From: Candidatus Subterrananammoxibius californiae
GTDB taxonomy: Bacteria > Planctomycetota > Brocadiia > Brocadiales > Subterrananammoxibiaceae
Direction of reading: 5' to 3'
Assembly (NCBI GenBank): GCA_030586555.1
Contig: JAURAC010000021.1
Span: forward strand, 1-53,243
DNA: 53,243 bases
In this document: one piece after another, positions 48,609 through 53,243 of the stretch
Layout of the letters: each line of letters begins with the position of its first letter
Position numbering within the stretch: position 1 is the first letter of the stretch
Program-made: the position numbers and the translations under genes
Notes under the pieces: model-generated
Told to the model about the DNA's origin: nothing
Seen by the model: only the letters and a program-made list of their open reading frames with translations
Database searches by the model: none

Positions 48609-48667
48609 TGCGAAAGTGAGTTGGGTGGCATGGACAAACTTGTTTGTCCGTGTCTACGGGAAAAGGT

Positions 48668-49855
48668 ATGAAAAACGTCGTAATAGCAAGCGCAGTTAGA
48701 ACCCCGATAGGCAGTTTTAATGGCTCCTTAAGCTCCATTCCAGCCACAAAGCTCGGGAGCATTGTTATAAAAGAAGCAATAAAGCGGGCAGGCATAAAAG
48801 CCACGGAAGTGGAGCAGGTTATAATGGGTAACGTGCTCACTGCAGGTCTTGGGCAGGCGCCGGCAAGGCAGGCTGCCATCGGCGCAGGGCTTCCCCTATC
48901 CGTAAACGCCCTTACAATAAACAAGGTATGCGGCTCAGGATTGAAGGCAGTGATGCTTGCCGCACAGGCTATAATGACTGGCGATGCAGAGGTAATCGTG
49001 GCTGGCGGGATGGAAAGCATGAGCCGTGCGCCTTATCTGCTTGAACAAGCGCGTACAGGTTATCGCCTCGGCGACGGGCAGATTATTGACAGCATGATTA
49101 AGGACGGCCTCTGGGACGTGTATAACAATTTTCACATGGGTACGGCTGCCGAGATAATAGCAGATAAATATAACCTTTCACGCGAAGCCCTCGACGAGCT
49201 CGCACTCAAGAGCTATGAGAGGGCGCTTAATGCCCAGAAAAACGGTGGTTTTAAGGAAGAAATAATTGCCGTCGAGGTGCCGCAAAGAAAAGGTAAGCCA
49301 ATCGTTGTTAACGAGGATGAAGAACCTAAGAAACTCGACCGAGAAAAGATGCTCAAACTTACCTCAAGCTTTAAAGAAGGCGGCAAAATCACTCCTGCCA
49401 ATTCATCCTCTATAAGCGACGGCGCTGCTGCCCTCGTAGTAATGTCGGAGGATAAGGCAATCCGCCTCAGGCGGATGGGTGTAAAACCAATGGCAAGGAT
49501 TATTGGACAGGCAGAATTTGCGCTTGAACCTGAACTATTCTCAATAGCCCCTGTGTGGGCAATCAAAGAGGTTCTTGAGAAAACAGGTCTTTTAATCAGC
49601 GATATTGACCTTTTTGAAATAAATGAAGCCTTCGCCTCCACCATACTGGCAATTCAGAAGGAATTAGGATTAGACTTATCAAAGGTAAACGTAAAGGGAG
49701 GCGCCATCGCCCTCGGACATCCCATCGGCGCAAGCGGCGCAAGGATTCTTACAACACTCCTTTACGCAATGAAGCATCGCAAGGCAAAGAGAGGCATCGC
49801 ATCACCCTGCATCGGCGGCGGCGAGGCAGTGGCGATTGTGGTGGAGATGATGTAA
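48668..49855 (+). CDS. Acetyl-CoA C-acetyltransferase (thiolase)
   Basis: RTPIG, NKVCGSG, INEAF, GHPIGASG and CIGGG. Confidence 0.93.
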   Translation: MKNVVIASAVRTPIGSFNGSLSSIPATKLGSIVIKEAIKRAGIKATEVEQVIMGNVLTAGLGQAPARQAAIGAGLPLSVNALTINKVCGSGLKAVMLAAQAIMTGDAEVIVAGGMESMSRAPYLLEQARTGYRLGDGQIIDSMIKDGLWDVYNNFHMGTAAEIIADKYNLSREALDELALKSYERALNAQKNGGFKEEIIAVEVPQRKGKPIVVNEDEEPKKLDREKMLKLTSSFKEGGKITPANSSSISDGAAALVVMSEDKAIRLRRMGVKPMARIIGQAEFALEPELFSIAPVWAIKEVLEKTGLLISDIDLFEINEAFASTILAIQKELGLDLSKVNVKGGAIALGHPIGASGARILTTLLYAMKHRKAKRGIASPCIGGGEAVAIVVEMM

Positions 49856-49856
49856 A

Positions 49857-50339
49857 ATGGCCGAGACACACTCAAAGGTTGAAAGTTTTGAAGATTTGAA
49901 TGTTTATAGGTGGGCAAGGGACTTGACTAATAAAATATACGAAATAACGCGTCAAGGGTCTTTTTCAAAAGATTATGGATTAGTGGACCAAATTCGGCGT
50001 GCATCGGTTTCCATAATGTCTAATATCGCTGAAGGATTTGAACGGGGAACAAATACTGAATTCATTCAATTCCTTTTCATTGCTAAGGGTTCCTGCGGGG
50101 AGGTAAGGGCACAACTTTCTATCGCTTTTGACCAGAAGTATCTGGATGAAATCACGTGTAAAAACCTCACTGACCAATGCCGCCGCATCGGTGGGATGCT
50201 TGGTAATTTAATTGGATACTTGAAGGGTTCTCAATATAAAGGAGCAAAATACAAAAAACCGCCGGTTAAAAGTATGGCAGAAGAATTAAATGAGATTTTA
50301 CTGCGAATCAAGCATAAACAGAACGATAAACAAAGTTAA
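49857..50339 (+). CDS. Four-helix-bundle protein
   Basis: FEDL.VY..AR, QIRRASVSIMSNIAEGFER and AKGSCGEVR. Confidence 0.9.
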   Translation: MAETHSKVESFEDLNVYRWARDLTNKIYEITRQGSFSKDYGLVDQIRRASVSIMSNIAEGFERGTNTEFIQFLFIAKGSCGEVRAQLSIAFDQKYLDEITCKNLTDQCRRIGGMLGNLIGYLKGSQYKGAKYKKPPVKSMAEELNEILLRIKHKQNDKQS

Positions 50340-50460
50340 AAAGTTCAAAGTTTAATGGTTCAAGTTGAAGAAACAGGATTTGCCATTCTCAGCCCCTTGA
50401 ACCCTTGAACCCTTAATCCTTTGAACCTTGAACTCTTGAACTTTTAAACCTTAGTAGCTT

Positions 50461-51591
50461 ATGGCAAACGAAGAACATCTTAAAATTCTCAGACAAGGAG
50501 TAGATGTCTGGAATCGGTGGAGGGAGGAGAATCCTGAAATAGTGCCGGACCTAAGAGGAGCTAACCTTATTGGAATGGATCTCTGCATAGCAGACCTTAG
50601 CATGGGAGACCTCCGCATGGCAAACCTTAATGAAGCAAACCTCTGTGATGCGAACCTCCGTGATGCAGACCTCTTTCAGGCAAATCTCAGTAATGCGAAC
50701 CTCAGCTACGCTCTTCTCCACAGGTCGTACCTCATTAGGGCTAATTGCACAAAAGCAGACTTTAGCAATGCAGAACTTAATGAAGCACACCTCACAGAAG
50801 CGGACCTCACCGGGGCTAAATTAAGCGGTGCGACCCTCTTTCGTACGAACCTTTGGGAAACAAACTGCATCGGAGCAAACCTTACCAATGCAAACCTTGT
50901 GCATGCCCAGTTGATTGAGACAAACTTTGAGAGGGCAACTCTTACGAACTGTCGAATATACGGGATTTCTGCATGGAACTTAAAACTAAAGGATGCAATT
51001 CAGTCAAATTTGGTCATTACTCCTGCTAAAGAGCCTACTATCACGGTGGACAATCTTGAGGTAGCCCAGTTCATTTATCTGCTCCTTTATAATGAGAAAA
51101 TCCGCCATGTAATTGACACCATCACATCCAAGGTTGTGCTTATCCTTGGCCGCTTCACAGAGAAGCAAATGAAGGTACTGGATGCTATCAAGAAAAAACT
51201 CCGGAAGCATAAGAATGGCTATGTGCCTGTTGTGTTCAATTTTAAGAAACCTGGTAGTCAAACTTTTATAGAGACTGTTTCCACCCTTGCCCACCTTGCT
51301 CGGTTTGTTATTGCTGACTTCACACGTGCCAAAATTGTTCTCGAAGAAATTCCGCACATCGTACGCAATGTCACCGTTCCGGTAAAGCCTTTGATGAAAG
51401 GTTCGGGAAAAGAACCTATTACACTGTATAACCTACGGATAAACCACCGTTCGCTTCTCGAAACGTATCGGTATAAGAACCTTGGGGATTTGCTTGCATC
51501 CTTTAAAGAAAAAGTCATTATTCCTGCCGAAGCTAAGGTAACGGAGTTAAAAGAAATAAAGGCAAAGGAATTATTGAAATTAAAGAAATAA
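50461..51591 (+). CDS. Pentapeptide-repeat protein with a C-terminal alpha/beta (TIR-like) domain
   Basis: MANEEHL...WN.WR, A(N/D)L repeats, then VLILGRF...FVIADFT. Confidence 0.82.
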   Translation: MANEEHLKILRQGVDVWNRWREENPEIVPDLRGANLIGMDLCIADLSMGDLRMANLNEANLCDANLRDADLFQANLSNANLSYALLHRSYLIRANCTKADFSNAELNEAHLTEADLTGAKLSGATLFRTNLWETNCIGANLTNANLVHAQLIETNFERATLTNCRIYGISAWNLKLKDAIQSNLVITPAKEPTITVDNLEVAQFIYLLLYNEKIRHVIDTITSKVVLILGRFTEKQMKVLDAIKKKLRKHKNGYVPVVFNFKKPGSQTFIETVSTLAHLARFVIADFTRAKIVLEEIPHIVRNVTVPVKPLMKGSGKEPITLYNLRINHRSLLETYRYKNLGDLLASFKEKVIIPAEAKVTELKEIKAKELLKLKK

Positions 51592-51737
51592 GAAAAAAAT
51601 ATTTCACGCAGAGTACGCAAAGAAGACGCACTTTAAAACTTTGCGATTCTTTGTGCCCTTTGCGAGAAAAAGATTAGTTTCACACAAAGAACGCAAAGAA
51701 ACTTGAGGCAGCAATTTGTGACCTCAAGAAAAAAAGC

Positions 51738-52748
51738 ATGAGCAACGAAATAATTGTTTTTGCCGAACAAAGGGATGGGAAGCTAAAGAGGGTCTCGCTT
51801 GAGGCGCTCGGCGAAGGCAGGCGTATTGCCGACAAACTCAGCGTGAAACTAATTTCTATACTCCCAGGGCACAAGATAAAAGATTTAGCATCTACCCTGA
51901 CCCAATATGGTGCGGATGAGGTAATTGTTGCAGATAACAAACTGCTGGAGAAATATAACTCAGAGGCTTACGTCTCCGTAATTGCAGATGAAGCCTCTAA
52001 GATAAAACCTATCTTAATCCTTCTCGGCGCATCCTCAATGGGCAAGGATTTGGGACCAAGACTGGCGGCAAGATTAAAGACCTGCCTTGCAAACGATTGC
52101 ATATCTATAAAGCACAGCGTAGGGGCGGGGTTCCCCCGCCCCTACATACTGGAAGCTGTAAGACCCATGTACGGAGGAAAAATTATTGCCACCGTTATCA
52201 GTAACGTTCCGGATTATCAAATAGCAACCCTGAGACCCAATCTTTTTAGCCCCGTAAAGCCTGATGAAAAACGACCCATTAATACAAAGGAGGTAGGGGC
52301 GTATTGCAATACGCCCCTGCGTACCATTGTAAAAGAGGTTGTCTCCACCGCCGAAGGTATTGTTGATTTAACAGAGGCAAGGATTATCGTTACTGGTGGC
52401 AGAGGGATGAAGGGTCCGGAGAATTACAAGATTCTTGAAGACCTGGCAAAGGCGATTGGTGGCGCCGTTGGGGCTTCCCGTGCCGCAGTGGATGCAGGCT
52501 GGAAGCCTCAGGAGTTTCAAGTGGGCTTAACGGGTAAAACTGTTACCCCGGACCTTTATATCGCCTGTGGCATCTCGGGGGCAATTCAGCACCTTGCAGG
52601 CATGTCAACATCCAAATGCATCGTGGCAATCAATAAAGACCCGAATGCTCCTATCTTTAAACTCGCCGATTACAGCATCGTGGGTGATTTGTTCCAGATA
52701 GTGCCATTACTTACCGAAGAATTCAAAAAACTGCTATCAGAAAAATGA
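51738..52748 (+). CDS. etfA: Electron transfer flavoprotein alpha subunit
   Basis: GGRG, GASRAAVDAG and QVG.TGK.V.P.LYIACGISGAIQHLAGM. Confidence 0.95.
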   Translation: MSNEIIVFAEQRDGKLKRVSLEALGEGRRIADKLSVKLISILPGHKIKDLASTLTQYGADEVIVADNKLLEKYNSEAYVSVIADEASKIKPILILLGASSMGKDLGPRLAARLKTCLANDCISIKHSVGAGFPRPYILEAVRPMYGGKIIATVISNVPDYQIATLRPNLFSPVKPDEKRPINTKEVGAYCNTPLRTIVKEVVSTAEGIVDLTEARIIVTGGRGMKGPENYKILEDLAKAIGGAVGASRAAVDAGWKPQEFQVGLTGKTVTPDLYIACGISGAIQHLAGMSTSKCIVAINKDPNAPIFKLADYSIVGDLFQIVPLLTEEFKKLLSEK

Positions 52749-53243
52749 CGGGATTAATCCTTATAAAGAATGGTACTATCCTGACAGTTGTTAATGAAGA
52801 TGTACAGACATTCAACGCAGACATCCTGATAAGCAGCAATAGGATTGCAAAGATAGGGAATATTACAGCAAAGCCTGAAGTCACAATTGACGCAACCGAT
52901 AAGCTTGTAATGCCTGGTCTTATCCAGACCCATGTCCATCTCTGTCAAACACTTTTCCAGGGCTATGCAAATGACTTTAATCTTGGTTTACTGGATTGGC
53001 TCAGGAAAAAGATATTGCCTCTCGAAGCCTCACATTATGAGAGTTCACTATACACTTCTGCCCTTTTAGGAGCCATAAAATTAATTCGCAGTGGAACTAC
53101 CTGTGTCCTGAGCATGGAAACGGTTAACCACACAGATGCGGTTTTTTATGCAATTGAACACATTGGATTGCGCGCAACGCTCGGAAAATGTATGATGGAC
53201 AAAGGAGACAATGTTCCTGAGCCCTTGCTTGAAAAAACTCAGG
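52745..53243 (+). CDS. Amidohydrolase (5'-deoxyadenosine/MTA-SAH deaminase-like), truncated by the window end
   Basis: ATG overlaps the etfA stop; MTGLILIKNGTILT...MPGLIQTHVHLCQTL...SGTT. Confidence 0.85.
   Translation, partial: MTGLILIKNGTILTVVNEDVQTFNADILISSNRIAKIGNITAKPEVTIDATDKLVMPGLIQTHVHLCQTLFQGYANDFNLGLLDWLRKKILPLEASHYESSLYTSALLGAIKLIRSGTTCVLSMETVNHTDAVFYAIEHIGLRATLGKCMMDKGDNVPEPLLEKTQ

Noticed and set aside
42957..50339. Diversity-generating retroelement suggested by Avd-like four-helix-bundle genes
   Set aside because: No reverse transcriptase and no TR/VR pair were seen in the window.

Overview
A 53 kb bacterial chromosomal segment of about 40% GC by eye. Gene content loosely resembles Planctomycetota/Brocadiia-like genomes, but the taxon is inference only. 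Housekeeping and metabolic genes include porB, tRNA-Asn, rlmN, murJ, transaldolase, ugd, an ArnT-type lipid A modification cluster, acyl-CoA dehydrogenase, thiolase, etfA and an amidohydrolase. These are interleaved with many small accessory genes: a GIY-YIG nuclease, a RAYT transposase, two four-helix-bundle proteins, MNT/HEPN proteins and pentapeptide-repeat proteins. Seven observations stand out. (1) Several families of short palindromes and inverted degenerate heptamer arrays are dense, nest inside each other and sit in frame in conserved proteins; one 15-bp TCCGCC-N3-GGCGGA palindrome appears to arise by a net 9-nt addition at a pre-existing hexamer. (2) A GIY-YIG gene lies between a broken 5' tRNA-Asn copy carrying that palindrome and the intact tRNA. 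(3) A 2.1 kb degenerate integrative island sits at the tRNA 3' end. (4) An isolated but intact terS-terL-portal module has its own promoter and no other phage genes. (5) A 1111-aa protein fuses a degenerate PGK, an HhH domain and glutamate dehydrogenase. (6) A ~290-nt three-domain structured RNA candidate with anti-Shine-Dalgarno loops lies downstream of a MerR-HicB gene. (7) Three tandem lipoprotein paralogues share one domain but have different low-complexity extensions. All calls come from reading motifs by eye; no database searches or folding programs were run.
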